Virus record (IMG/VR): IMGVR_UViG_3300032282_002104
Coordinates: 1 to 62,860 of that record
Strand: one strand, 5' to 3'
From: a virus
Lineage: Duplodnaviria > Caudoviricetes
DNA: 62,860 bases
Shown here: positions 24,738 through 35,365 of the stretch, in pieces
Numbering within the stretch: position 1 is the first letter of the stretch
Layout: every line of letters starts with the position of its first letter
Program-made: the position numbers and the translations under genes
The notes under the pieces: model-generated
What the model was told of the DNA's origin: nothing
The model's database searches: none
The model's input: the letters and a program-made list of their open reading frames with translations, nothing else

Positions 24738-26510
24738 TTAAGTTATTTCCACATCTGTTGCGTATGTTGTATAGCCATTTTCTTTAACTACACGCAATAC
24801 ATTGTTTACACGGCTACTTAGTTCATCCTTATGACTAACTAACCAAATGCTCTTGTTTGCTTCACGGCTCATTTTCTTCAAAATAGCCAAAGCACTGTCT
24901 GTTCCCATCTGGTCCATGCCTGAATCCATGAGCTCATCTACAAACAATAAGTTCACGGGCTGGTACAGGCTTTCCCAAACATCCCTGAATGCCCAACTTA
25001 GGCTCAGGATTAATCTGTTACGCTCACCACGACTTAGGTTATCAAAATCTAACTCACGGCCTAGTTCCTGAATATCCACAGTTAAATCGTTTAGGAAGGT
25101 AACTGTATGCGGCAATCCAATCTTATCCAAATAATGACTTAACCTACCATTCAAATAACTTAAGTTCTGATCAATAATTCGTTTTCTAATAAAACTGTCT
25201 TTGCTGGTTAACAACTTACTCAGGAACTCCTGATGATTTAGCATACGAGTTAGGTTGTTAATAACATCGTAATCAATTTCAGCCAGAGCTTGTTGTTCCA
25301 TTTCAGTAATTTGCTCAGCATAAGGATCATGCTCTGCTTGTTTGTTAAGCATCTGACTTTTTAAATTCTCCAGAGTCATTCTATGATTATGTGCTTCTTG
25401 TTCAGAATCATAATATACTGTGGGTGCAACACCAGGCTCAATTAACTTATAAGCCTCTGAAAGTTCAGATATAGTATCCTGGGTTGCTGTTAAATGTGTC
25501 TGATTGGTATGTAAGTCTGTCTTTTTAGTGTTTAACAGTTCGTCGTGTGTTTTGTCGTGAACGTCTTGTCCACAAGCATAACACTTGTGCTCTGCTAAAC
25601 TGTTTATTTCTGTTTCCAGCTTAGTGATTTGCTTTTGTGTTTTAGTAACATCAAGCTCTAGTCTGGACATTTCTGTTTTTAATGTACTACGCTGACCAGT
25701 TTTTTCATTAAAACTGGCCAAGGCTTTATGAGCAGCAATTTCTACATCAATATCAATGTTACTAAGTTCAGCAATACTACGTTCAAACTTGGTAATGTCT
25801 TCATCGTGTTTGCTTTGCCAGAGTGTTTGTCTGCGTTTTAAACTATTGATCTGATCTTGTATACGAGTATTGGCCTCTTGCGATGCTTTAATTTTATACT
25901 CTTCTTGTTGTATCAGATCTTTAGTTTCTTTGATTTGTAGTTTAAGGTTCTCTGCTTTTTCACTTAGCAAAGTAATGCCCAACAACTGTTCAATAATGGC
26001 TCTCTGATCAGCAGCCTTCAAACTCAGGAATGGTTCTGTATAGGTGTTTAGGGCTACAATATGCTTAAACATTTCATGACTCATGTTAAGCAATCGTTCT
26101 ATTTCGCCTTGTGTTTCACGGCTATCGCCCTGACTATTATCGTCTTCGTTAGTCTTTTCTACGCTGTCTACATAAAAGCGCAAGACATTGGGTTTACGAC
26201 CGCGCTCAATTTTATATTGTATACCAGCACATTCAAAGTCCACAGTCACTAACATATTCTTGGTGTTAGTGCGGTTAATTAGGTTATCTTTTTTAATATT
26301 GCTTAGTGCTTGTCCGTATAGAGCATAGCTCAGAGCATTGATTAATGTAGTCTTACCAGTACCATTGCGGCTACCGGTATCATCGCCGCCTAGGTCTAGG
26401 TTAGAGCCTAAGACCAGAGTCAGATCCTGACGATCAAAGTTTACACCCTGAGTTACATTACCTATGCTTAGAAAGTTTTTTGCTGTTATGTTAGTTACTT
26501 TAAACATCAA
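24738..26510 (-). CDS. gp46: Recombination endonuclease ATPase subunit (gp46 / SbcC / Rad50)
   Basis: NFLSIGN, Walker A NGTGKT, CYAC zinc hook, LSRGE signature, Walker B LFVDE, SH. Confidence 0.95.
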   Translation of the reverse strand: MMFKVTNITAKNFLSIGNVTQGVNFDRQDLTLVLGSNLDLGGDDTGSRNGTGKTTLINALSYALYGQALSNIKKDNLINRTNTKNMLVTVDFECAGIQYKIERGRKPNVLRFYVDSVEKTNEDDNSQGDSRETQGEIERLLNMSHEMFKHIVALNTYTEPFLSLKAADQRAIIEQLLGITLLSEKAENLKLQIKETKDLIQQEEYKIKASQEANTRIQDQINSLKRRQTLWQSKHDEDITKFERSIAELSNIDIDVEIAAHKALASFNEKTGQRSTLKTEMSRLELDVTKTQKQITKLETEINSLAEHKCYACGQDVHDKTHDELLNTKKTDLHTNQTHLTATQDTISELSEAYKLIEPGVAPTVYYDSEQEAHNHRMTLENLKSQMLNKQAEHDPYAEQITEMEQQALAEIDYDVINNLTRMLNHQEFLSKLLTSKDSFIRKRIIDQNLSYLNGRLSHYLDKIGLPHTVTFLNDLTVDIQELGRELDFDNLSRGERNRLILSLSWAFRDVWESLYQPVNLLFVDELMDSGMDQMGTDSALAILKKMSREANKSIWLVSHKDELSSRVNNVLRVVKENGYTTYATDVEIT

Positions 26511-27523
26511 AGGTGCCTGTAAATTTCCATAAGGATATTGCGGTCATAGTGTTCAGATTCAATGTTAGATAGTTGATTAGTAACAATCTGATCTACGCTC
26601 TCAAATTTAATCTCAGTGTTATATTCGGTAACATTGGGATCGGTATTCTTTTGTGGCAGCAGAGTAATCTCTCTGAGGTTGTAGGTGTTTACGAAAGTCT
26701 CTTTAATAAAGTTAGCTTCTTCGTAACTAATTTCTACATCCAGGTTTACTCTGACATGCATATTGGGTTTAAGGACCTGGTCGGCTACATTTAAAATTTC
26801 TGACAGACCAAATACTCTGTATGTGGGTTGATCTGGCCAGGTGTGATATTCTGGATCTTTACCCCATTCAATTATAGTAAGGCCGCGAGCATCGTCGCCA
26901 GCATCGGCGTAGTTATGTGGGAAACAGTTGCCAATGTATGTAATATTGTTCTGAGTTTGTCGTTTATGGAAATGCCCAGTAAACACATTCTCAATATGCT
27001 GAAAATTGTCTCTGCGTATCTCACCATGGTCTGGCATAGCTACCATGGCGTTCATTAAGTATCCAGGCAATTCAAAGTGTCCAAATACATAACGTCCTTT
27101 TACCTTAGGAATCCTTTTATGGTCATCACCCACAAGCCAAGGACAGATAACCACATCACCGTCAGCAAACCAATTGTTACAAATTTGAACATTACTGAGG
27201 TGTTTAGCCCATTCCACACTTTGTATATCTCGTTTGTCACGATAATACAGATCATGGTTGCCAGGAATAAAATAAGTTCGTTCAAAGTTGGCATTTAAAT
27301 GCTCCAAAGCCTGTAGGCTATAGTTTAAAGTTAAAATATTAATAGCAGCACGGTTGTTATGCCAGTCACCCAGGAAGAAGCAGGTCTCACAGCCTTCGGC
27401 TTTCGCTTTGGCTGTGGCCCACTTTACGAAATTTAAACAATCTTCGTTATGTATAATACTGTTGGACTTTAATCCAAAATGGATGTCAGTGAACAGTGCT
27501 GCTTTTTTAAATAGGTTACTCAT
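26507..27523 (-). CDS. gp47: Recombination endonuclease nuclease subunit (gp47 / SbcD / Mre11)
   Basis: DIHFG, GDW, GNHD and GHFH metallophosphoesterase motifs; overlaps the gp46 start. Confidence 0.95.
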   Translation of the reverse strand: MSNLFKKAALFTDIHFGLKSNSIIHNEDCLNFVKWATAKAKAEGCETCFFLGDWHNNRAAINILTLNYSLQALEHLNANFERTYFIPGNHDLYYRDKRDIQSVEWAKHLSNVQICNNWFADGDVVICPWLVGDDHKRIPKVKGRYVFGHFELPGYLMNAMVAMPDHGEIRRDNFQHIENVFTGHFHKRQTQNNITYIGNCFPHNYADAGDDARGLTIIEWGKDPEYHTWPDQPTYRVFGLSEILNVADQVLKPNMHVRVNLDVEISYEEANFIKETFVNTYNLREITLLPQKNTDPNVTEYNTEIKFESVDQIVTNQLSNIESEHYDRNILMEIYRHL

Positions 27524-27531
27524 GTGGTACT

Positions 27532-27560
27532 ATTATAACGCCTAGATTAGCAGATGTAAA
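27532..27560 (-). promoter_or_regulatory. Sigma70-type promoter for gp47-gp46 (TTTACA-N17-TATAAT)
   Basis: Near-consensus boxes with 17-nt spacer; ATG 8 nt after the -10. Confidence 0.75.
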
Positions 27561-27573
27561 CAGGTACTTAACC

Positions 27574-28404
27574 TTATTCGTGGTCGTAACTACCTTCGTT
27601 TTGACGAGTATAACTTGGGTTATAGTTATTCATTTGTAGGATATCATCACGAATATTTTGGTTACGTTTTTCAATGTTTAGTACACGAGTAAAACTATTA
27701 GTAATTACAGCCGTATAGTAAGCGAATGGGTTAGCACTCTTGCTTTCATCAAATTGTAATCCAATCTGACTCAACTGTAGCAGGGCTTGACTACGCATTT
27801 CTTCGTTGTAGGTATAGCCTCTCCAGTTACTGCGAGTAGCATAACGCTCACATAACTTCATAAACATATGAGCTAATTTATTAGTCATAGCACCATGATC
27901 CTTGCTGAATTTACCAGACTTCATAGGACCAATCCAATGGCTTTTGCCAACTAACATGGGTTCGCCTTCAGCATTAATTCTGTAGTGATGGAATGGTGGG
28001 AAGTTTACTTTCAGATACTTAATTGGTGCAATTTCTTCGTCGTATTCTGTAACAATTTGTTCGTCTGGTTCAACTTCTACTTTCTTGAGCTCTTCCTGAG
28101 GGATATGTTCCCAGGTCATGATTCTGAACACAATGTCTGTATCTTCGATATCTTTGGGTTTCATTTTGAATTGATCTAACTTAACTGTAGGATCAGTAGC
28201 ATGAGCTAAATCGTATGCTGCTCTGGCTAACCTGTCAGCTCTGTTTTCACGAGCTTGTTTAATATTTTTCTTATTGATTTGGTCTACACTTTTAAGTATG
28301 ATGTCATAGTCCGAATCACTAGGAGTTTTAAAACTACAGTATGTTTTCTTGCTTTTGTGTATCTCTGATAAGATGTCGCGATTGTTAAGGTAATTCGTAC
28401 GCAT
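27574..28404 (-). CDS. gp55: Late-transcription sigma factor (T4 gp55 family)
   Basis: NYLNN..., NWRGYTYNEEM and FDESKSANPFAYYT...NSF.R....EK motifs. Confidence 0.9.
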   Translation of the reverse strand: MRTNYLNNRDILSEIHKSKKTYCSFKTPSDSDYDIILKSVDQINKKNIKQARENRADRLARAAYDLAHATDPTVKLDQFKMKPKDIEDTDIVFRIMTWEHIPQEELKKVEVEPDEQIVTEYDEEIAPIKYLKVNFPPFHHYRINAEGEPMLVGKSHWIGPMKSGKFSKDHGAMTNKLAHMFMKLCERYATRSNWRGYTYNEEMRSQALLQLSQIGLQFDESKSANPFAYYTAVITNSFTRVLNIEKRNQNIRDDILQMNNYNPSYTRQNEGSYDHE

Positions 28405-28429
28405 TGGGTTCCTGTCTAAATAATAGCAG

Positions 28430-28459
28430 ATTATAGCATAACTAAATACTATTAATCAA
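28430..28459 (-). promoter_or_regulatory. Sigma70-type promoter for gp55 (TTGATT-N18-TATAAT, extended -10 TG)
   Basis: Read on the minus strand; AGGA SD downstream. Confidence 0.65.
28443..28448 (+). promoter_or_regulatory. Late promoter (TAAATA) for the baseplate operon
   Basis: Upstream of 28483; a second TAAATA lies at 28417-28422. Confidence 0.6.
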
Positions 28460-28482
28460 GTACTTAGCAAAGGAAACTTATA

Positions 28483-29418
28483 GTGCCAATAACCGATTTA
28501 TTCAGTTCAGCCAAAGATCTAGTCCAAAACCCCATGGGTCTGGCACAAAAGATTGGTGGCGCCCTTTCTAGTAGCGGCACTAGTGCAGGTGGCCTTGGTG
28601 GTATGCTAGGAGGAATAGCTGATAAGTTTAATGTGGCGGCCAGATTAGGTGGACAACTTACTAAAGGTGGGTTCCCTATGAATGCTAAAGTGCCTACTCC
28701 AACCGCCGGTGCAAAAATAGCACAAGGCCCAGTTTTCCTAGAAAATGATTGGAGAGTAACTCTACAGTTTACGGAATCTATTGCTAATTTAATAAAATTA
28801 CAACCTGCTGGTGATGTTAATTTATTGGCACCTTTATTTTATTTTAAAACCGAAGCCAACGATTATAACATGGCTTATGGAGATACTAGTATGTCTGGTA
28901 CTAATAATGGTATCGTATTCCCTTACACGCCTCAAATTAATATCACATACTCTGCAGAATATCAGAGTCAAAAGTTTACACATAGTAACTATGCTGCTCA
29001 ATTTTATTCTAGTTCAGAAGTTCAAGACATACAAATACAAGGCGAATTTACAGCTCAAAATGAAACAGAAGCCAGATATTTGTTAGCAGTAATTACATTT
29101 ACTAAACTAGTAACTAAGATGTTTTTTGGTAACGGATCATTTGTGGGGAACCCACCACCAATATTAAAGTTTAGTGGCTTTGGTCCGTATCAATTCAATA
29201 AGGTACCAGTAGTTGTAAAGCAGGCTAATTTTACTTTGCCAGCAGAAGTAGATTACATTCCAGTAAATAATGTATCTGGACAACTAGTTGCCAGAGTGCC
29301 TACACAAATGTCTGTGAGTTACACAGTTGCCCCAGTTTACAGCCGTAAAACTATTGGAGAATTTAATTTTGAAGAATTTGCCAACGGCGCTTTAATTAAT
29401 GGTAAAGGATTCGTATAA
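28483..29418 (+). CDS. Baseplate tail-tube initiator/cap (gp48/gp54-like)
   Basis: FPYTPQI, F.AQN..EA.Y and GNPPPILKFSGFG tube-fold motifs; first gene of the baseplate operon. Confidence 0.65.
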   Translation: MPITDLFSSAKDLVQNPMGLAQKIGGALSSSGTSAGGLGGMLGGIADKFNVAARLGGQLTKGGFPMNAKVPTPTAGAKIAQGPVFLENDWRVTLQFTESIANLIKLQPAGDVNLLAPLFYFKTEANDYNMAYGDTSMSGTNNGIVFPYTPQINITYSAEYQSQKFTHSNYAAQFYSSSEVQDIQIQGEFTAQNETEARYLLAVITFTKLVTKMFFGNGSFVGNPPPILKFSGFGPYQFNKVPVVVKQANFTLPAEVDYIPVNNVSGQLVARVPTQMSVSYTVAPVYSRKTIGEFNFEEFANGALINGKGFV

Positions 29419-29717
29419 TGGCATCTTATGCTAAACAAAGTCCATATTATACTACATCTAAGTTTAACAATTTCTTAGATGTATATCAGCATCGCAGCAT
29501 TCCTAAGTTAGTGGATGATGCACAATTTACTATCACAGAGTCACACAGACATCGCCCTGATTTATTAGCATTTGACTTATATCAGGACAGTAGACTTTGG
29601 TGGGTATTTGCAGTACGCAACCCTAACACTATTCAAGATCCAATTTTTGACTTCATACCAGGTGTAACAATATTTGTACCTAAATATCAGACTCTGGTAA
29701 GCAGCCTAGGACTATAA
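29418..29717 (+). CDS. gp53: Baseplate wedge protein, LysM-like (gp53-like)
   Basis: RPDLLAFDLY.D.RLWWVFA.RN motif. Confidence 0.8.
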   Translation: MASYAKQSPYYTTSKFNNFLDVYQHRSIPKLVDDAQFTITESHRHRPDLLAFDLYQDSRLWWVFAVRNPNTIQDPIFDFIPGVTIFVPKYQTLVSSLGL

Positions 29718-29718
29718 C

Positions 29719-32700
29719 ATGGCTGACGCCACATCACTTGCAAAAGCAGAGCAGGCTAAGGGGGCTGCATCAAAAGCAGCATATGAAGCTTCAAATGCCG
29801 CTGCTAGCCTCCAATTAAAAGTAAGAATTAATAATGGCAAAGTAAACAATTTAACCGAACTAGCAGCTAGTGAAAATAGAAGTTTAACACCTGCTGAACT
29901 TGCTGTTATTGACGAGGCTAAAAGTCAAAATGCTACCTTAGTACCACAATTAGAAGCAGCCAGAGATTTACGAGATGCCAAACTAAAAGAATCAGACGCT
30001 GCTTTATACGCTCTGGGTCTAGCACAAAATGACAAATCACAACCTAAAGATACTACCCAATCAACTACAACAGTAGCTGCACCACCAACACCTGAGCCAG
30101 TAACTACAGAGCAAGCAGTACCAGATGCTACTGCTGTGGAAGAAACAGGACCAGAGTTACTCAGTCAAGACGAACAAGACAAAGTAGATAATGCAGATCC
30201 GGTGCCTGAACCAGGTACAGAACTAATTGCGGGTCAGGGCATAACAGATGTCAGAGCAGCACAACCAACATCCCAGGCTGTTGAAGCTAATTCAGCTGAA
30301 ACAACAACTTCTGCTGATGCTGCTACTTTAGCCGAAACAACAACTGCCGCTGCCGAATCTCAGGTAAATGCTGGTAGTTTAGATCCTGCTAAAAACACAG
30401 AAGAAGTTAAAGAACGTCAGTTTGAACCCATAGACAATATTTTAGATCAATATGCCACTTACACCTATAATATAAGTTTACATGCTCTAACCAAGGAACA
30501 ATTTAATCAATTAACAGATGGTGAAGAATATTATCCTGAGAATGTTTTAATTGCTGGTGCAGGTCGCAGATCTTCTGAGGGTGATAATAATAAGTTTATA
30601 AGACACAAATATTGGCAGGAAGATTTTTACATAGATAATTTTAAAATGGCTAGTGTCATAGGTCATAATGCCCAAAACAAAGGTGGCAATGTTATTACTG
30701 TAGACTTTGAAATTACTGAACCTTATGGTATTAGTTTGTTAGACAGGCTTATTTTAACTGCTAAAGACCTAAAGGTGCCCAACTATCTGCAAATACCGTA
30801 CTTGTTGCAAGTAGACTTTTTTGGTTACCATCAGGTTGACCATGAACCAGCAAACACTCCCATAGTACAACGACTATTTCCTATCAGAATCCTTAGTATT
30901 GATATTACTTTTGATACCAAAGGTGCATTGTACAAATGCAAAGGCGTTCCTTACAGCCATTTTGCTTTTGAGTCTGAAATAACCAATCTGCCTATTGCTA
31001 GCAGATTGCAAACGGTGGAAGACAAATCAGATTACAAACTTACAGATTTCTTTGGTACGGACGAAGAACAAGTAAGGATATTAACTCAGTCATTGGACAC
31101 AGACAAAAAGACAAGTGATGCTAGATACGAAGCTGCTTTAGCAGAAGCCATCCAGAACGCTCGGTTAAATGGATATAATCCAGAACCAGGAACTAAAGAA
31201 TATGCTTCCGTAGAACAATCAGCTAGAGTAAATGCTGGTTATGTGGATGGCGAGAATGGAGTTAAGATAAAATTATCTCCACCCATAGCTAATGCTAATG
31301 GTTTAGGATCCATACTTAACAGTTACTATAAATTCCTAGCAGAAACAGAAAAGTTTGGTAAAGATAGCAATGGGCAAAGTATAGTTCCATATACCTTTGC
31401 TTTTGAATTTGCTGAACCCATAAGTGCCGCTAATGTACTAAATCAAAGTTTTAGGGACTTTGCACAAACTACAACCAAAACTCCAAACAAAAACAAAGAA
31501 CAAACAGAAGAAAATGTGCGTAATGGAACATCACAAACTGGAAGTAATCCAGGATTAATGGTTACCTTTCAAAAGGGATCAAGCGTTCTAAAAGTACTTG
31601 AGCAACTAATAGGTGTGAGCGATTATATATTAGATCAAATTAATACTGATGAAACTGAACAAGCTAAAAAAGAAAAATCTAAATCTCTACCACTTAACTT
31701 TTACAAAATTAGTCCTAAAGTTATTTTAGGTGATTACGATAAAAAGCGTAACGATTATGCTAAAAATGTAACATACTATATTCAACCATGTCAGACCTGG
31801 GGACAACGACTACCGTTTGGTCCACAAGGTGCTCCTGTAGATGCAGATTGTGTTAAAGATTATAATTATTTGTTTACAGGAAAAAACAAAGACATTCAGA
31901 ACCTTAACATTAATTTTAAGAGTTCTTATTTTACTATGTACACTGGTGGTGCTACCGCAAAGTCCAAGGACCAACAACGACCAGAATCACAAGATGTTGC
32001 AGGTGAGGAAGAAGAATTAGCATTGTCAGATGGTAGTTTATTCCCTGCAAGAATTATTGCTACCAATACCACAGATAGAGACAAACTAGCAAGTACAAAT
32101 GAAAAAACTATTAAATCAGGAGATATATTTAATAACGTTTTTACTCGCCAACAAGCAGACATGTTAAAGGTAGATCTAACAATCAGAGGCGATCCTGCAT
32201 TTATACAACAAGAAGATTTTACTGTTTGTTCTCCGCAGGGCAGAGTATTAGATGAAACTGATCCTAGACTGTTTAAAGACGGCAGTTTAGTAGTTTCTAA
32301 TGGACAAATTTTAGTCAAGCTAACTTTTAGATTTCCAGACGACATTGACACAGAAACTGGATTAACATCCTTTAATAGAGAATTAGCTAAGAAAGGCGGA
32401 AGTGTATTCAGTGGCATTTATCGTGTTTTAAAGATAGATAATACATTTGAGCGTGGATTGTTTACACAAAAGTTAGACTTAATTAGAATTTACAATGATA
32501 AACAAGCTAAACCTACGGACGAAAATAATACTTCAGAATTAATACGTGGAGCGGGAGATGCTGTTGAAGATCCTGCTACTGGCAATGATTTGATTCAACT
32601 AAGTGGTCCATCAGAGTCTGATGACGGACAAGACAATAATCAAGCAGCAGGTGAAAACGCAGATCAGAACGCAACTGATGCTGAGGAAGAAAATGCAACA

Positions 32701-33189
32701 GAAACAGGATTAGTCCAATTGGCTGGTCCAATTGAAACAGATGCTGCTGCCACAGAACAAGTAACAGAAGGTAAAGACATTAATACTGCTATAGAAGAAC
32801 AAAAAGCTAACGAAGAAGATCAGGCTAGGATAATTGCCGAATACAGAACTACTGTAACCGAAGCCAATACACAACTAGCTTCATTATCAGCTCAGATTAG
32901 TACTATTGATGCAGCACAAAATGCATTAAAGTCTGATTTAAGTGCTCTGGAAGCATCACTAGCAGCAGCAGATCCTGAATACGACAATTTAACTGAAGCT
33001 CAGATTGATGCAAAATATCCCGAAGTTAAAGCACTATCAAATAAGATACAAGCTAAAGCTGATGAACGAGAAACTGTAAAGCAAGAAGTACAAACAGTTT
33101 ATAATTCTGCTTTCCCACCTCCAAGCAATAAAGTAAATAGTACCGTATCTTACGATAGCAATAATGTTCCAAACATAACACTAAGTTAA
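29719..33189 (+). CDS. Baseplate hub protein (gp27-like) with long terminal extensions, 1156 aa
   Basis: YTYNISL, FEITEPYG, LTIRGDP and SGIYRVLKIDNTFERGLFTQKL motifs; between gp53 and gp5. Confidence 0.65.
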   Translation: MADATSLAKAEQAKGAASKAAYEASNAAASLQLKVRINNGKVNNLTELAASENRSLTPAELAVIDEAKSQNATLVPQLEAARDLRDAKLKESDAALYALGLAQNDKSQPKDTTQSTTTVAAPPTPEPVTTEQAVPDATAVEETGPELLSQDEQDKVDNADPVPEPGTELIAGQGITDVRAAQPTSQAVEANSAETTTSADAATLAETTTAAAESQVNAGSLDPAKNTEEVKERQFEPIDNILDQYATYTYNISLHALTKEQFNQLTDGEEYYPENVLIAGAGRRSSEGDNNKFIRHKYWQEDFYIDNFKMASVIGHNAQNKGGNVITVDFEITEPYGISLLDRLILTAKDLKVPNYLQIPYLLQVDFFGYHQVDHEPANTPIVQRLFPIRILSIDITFDTKGALYKCKGVPYSHFAFESEITNLPIASRLQTVEDKSDYKLTDFFGTDEEQVRILTQSLDTDKKTSDARYEAALAEAIQNARLNGYNPEPGTKEYASVEQSARVNAGYVDGENGVKIKLSPPIANANGLGSILNSYYKFLAETEKFGKDSNGQSIVPYTFAFEFAEPISAANVLNQSFRDFAQTTTKTPNKNKEQTEENVRNGTSQTGSNPGLMVTFQKGSSVLKVLEQLIGVSDYILDQINTDETEQAKKEKSKSLPLNFYKISPKVILGDYDKKRNDYAKNVTYYIQPCQTWGQRLPFGPQGAPVDADCVKDYNYLFTGKNKDIQNLNINFKSSYFTMYTGGATAKSKDQQRPESQDVAGEEEELALSDGSLFPARIIATNTTDRDKLASTNEKTIKSGDIFNNVFTRQQADMLKVDLTIRGDPAFIQQEDFTVCSPQGRVLDETDPRLFKDGSLVVSNGQILVKLTFRFPDDIDTETGLTSFNRELAKKGGSVFSGIYRVLKIDNTFERGLFTQKLDLIRIYNDKQAKPTDENNTSELIRGAGDAVEDPATGNDLIQLSGPSESDDGQDNNQAAGENADQNATDAEEENATETGLVQLAGPIETDAAATEQVTEGKDINTAIEEQKANEEDQARIIAEYRTTVTEANTQLASLSAQISTIDAAQNALKSDLSALEASLAAADPEYDNLTEAQIDAKYPEVKALSNKIQAKADERETVKQEVQTVYNSAFPPPSNKVNSTVSYDSNNVPNITLS

Positions 33190-33195
33190 ACTAAC

Positions 33196-35364
33196 ATGGC
33201 TATATCTAAAACATTTTCAAACATAGTAGACAACGTTACCCGAGACTCTGGTCCTTACATTGGTATTGTTAAGGACAATGTTGATACACAACGACTAGGA
33301 ATTTTACGAGTTTTCATCCCACAACTTAGTAATAATGAAAACGATCCTAAAAGCTGGTACCCAGTAATGTACCTAAGTCCATTCTATGGGTACAGTGATC
33401 CTTACATTAGCAATCCTAAAAAGCCTAAAAAAGCTAAAACTGCTACAGACTCAGATCTGAGAAGAACCAAACATAGCTACGGTATGTGGATGGTTCCTCC
33501 TGACATAGGCGTTAAAGTTTTAGTAGTATTTGCAAACGGTGAAGTCAACAAAGGATTTTTTATAGGTTGCATACCCGAAGGTCACAGCCATTTTATGGTA
33601 CCAAGTTTAGGTGCTTCAGATAGGTCAGATTTTAAACAAGGTATGACTGCTATACCTGAAAAAGATAGACCTGCGCAAGTCCCAGTAGCAGAATACAATG
33701 AAGAAAATCTTGCGTTAGATATTAAAAACGATTGGATTACTAACCCTAAGCCTTTACATAACGAGCAATTTGAAATATTAAGAAAACAGGGTCTAGAATT
33801 TGATTATGTTCGTGGAGCCATAAACAGTTCAAGCCAACGAGAATCACCAAGCACAGTATTTGGTATTAGTTCTCCTGGCCGTCCTTATAGAGACCCTACA
33901 TTAGAAAAGGCTTTACAAGATAAAATTAAATCAGGACAAAAACCAACTGCTGCAGAACTAGCGTTTGAAGGCCGTAAGGGTGGACACACCTTTGTCATGG
34001 ACGATGGTGATGCTACTGGCAATAATAATTTCTTTAGACTTCGTTCGTCTGCTGGCCATCAAATTCTGATGCATGATAGCTCAGACTTTATTTACATAAG
34101 CAATAGCAAAGGTACAGCCTGGATAGAGCTTAATAGCACAGGCGATGTTGAAATTTATTCAGGTGGTAATTTTAGTGTCAGAGCAGAATTTGATATCAAC
34201 TTACACGCTGACCAAAACATTAATATGTACGCAGGCAAAGATATTAATATGCTTGCTGAAAATAAATTCGCTACAGAATGTACCACGCATACTCATGGTT
34301 CAAAGAAAAACACCACCATACATGCCTGTGGAGATCTAGAACTTAAATCTGGTACCAAAGGTATCTGGGACGCTGGTACTACTCTGGGATTAAAATCTGG
34401 ATCACCCATGAATCTACAAGGCAGCATCATTAATCTTAATACTGCTGATCCAGGCAAAGTTAGCCCTGTGGCTGATATATCCCGTAATAGTTTTAGCAAT
34501 GCTGTACAAACAAGTAATCGTTATAAGAGTATAGCTAAACGCATAAGCACTATTACAACCAGAGCACCTACCCATGAACCTGATGTCGGACACTTAGCCA
34601 GAGTAGATATTGCTAAGGTATTGGCTGATACAGTAACGGTTTCTAACGATGCAGGCAGAGTACCAGCCAATGGCATAACCACCGGATCTGGTGGCAATTT
34701 AGTAGATGGTAATGGAAACAGAGTAACTTTTGGTCCAGCACCGGCATCTGATGCTAGCAGAAATAAAACTCCAACAAGCATCAAAGGCATGGAAAACCTA
34801 GCAACTTACATGGGCAAACAGCCTAAACCAGCCAAAGGCGTTGGAACATTAACAGCAGATGAAACCAAAGCATTATATGCTGGTATTGCTAAGTCAGAAT
34901 CAGGTCACAATTATGCAGCAGTTAACCAGATTGGTTACCTGGGCAAGTATCAGATGGGCGCAGCAGCCCTGGTAGAACAAGGCTATATCAAACCAGAATT
35001 TTATAAGAAGTATGGACCGCAAAATAATCTCTTAAACAATCCAGATGCTTGGACAGGCAAGGACGGGGTTACCTCTAAGGATTCATTCTTAGCGGCGCCA
35101 GCAGCACAAGAAAAGGCCATGGAAGGACTGACTGCTACAAATTACAATCGTATGGTAAAAACAGGCGCAATTCAACCTGGTGATGATCCAGCTACGGTGG
35201 CAGGTATGCTCCAAACAGCTCACTTGTTAGGTGCAGGTGGAGCAACTGCTTGGCGTAATGGCAAGGGTGGTTCAGATGCCAATGGTGTTACCGGAGACAC
35301 ATATTTTGCCAAGGGTAAATATGCTATAGCAACCCTAACCAAGGACGGAACATCCGTAGCATAA
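33196..35364 (+). CDS. gp5: Baseplate central spike (gp5-like) with C-terminal lysozyme-like domain
   Basis: OB-fold D..RLG.LRV.IP and GMWMVPPDIG; GHTFVMDD; beta-helix repeats; C-terminal SESG.NY..VN..GY.GKYQMG. Confidence 0.8.
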   Translation: MAISKTFSNIVDNVTRDSGPYIGIVKDNVDTQRLGILRVFIPQLSNNENDPKSWYPVMYLSPFYGYSDPYISNPKKPKKAKTATDSDLRRTKHSYGMWMVPPDIGVKVLVVFANGEVNKGFFIGCIPEGHSHFMVPSLGASDRSDFKQGMTAIPEKDRPAQVPVAEYNEENLALDIKNDWITNPKPLHNEQFEILRKQGLEFDYVRGAINSSSQRESPSTVFGISSPGRPYRDPTLEKALQDKIKSGQKPTAAELAFEGRKGGHTFVMDDGDATGNNNFFRLRSSAGHQILMHDSSDFIYISNSKGTAWIELNSTGDVEIYSGGNFSVRAEFDINLHADQNINMYAGKDINMLAENKFATECTTHTHGSKKNTTIHACGDLELKSGTKGIWDAGTTLGLKSGSPMNLQGSIINLNTADPGKVSPVADISRNSFSNAVQTSNRYKSIAKRISTITTRAPTHEPDVGHLARVDIAKVLADTVTVSNDAGRVPANGITTGSGGNLVDGNGNRVTFGPAPASDASRNKTPTSIKGMENLATYMGKQPKPAKGVGTLTADETKALYAGIAKSESGHNYAAVNQIGYLGKYQMGAAALVEQGYIKPEFYKKYGPQNNLLNNPDAWTGKDGVTSKDSFLAAPAAQEKAMEGLTATNYNRMVKTGAIQPGDDPATVAGMLQTAHLLGAGGATAWRNGKGGSDANGVTGDTYFAKGKYAIATLTKDGTSVA

Positions 35365-35365
35365 C

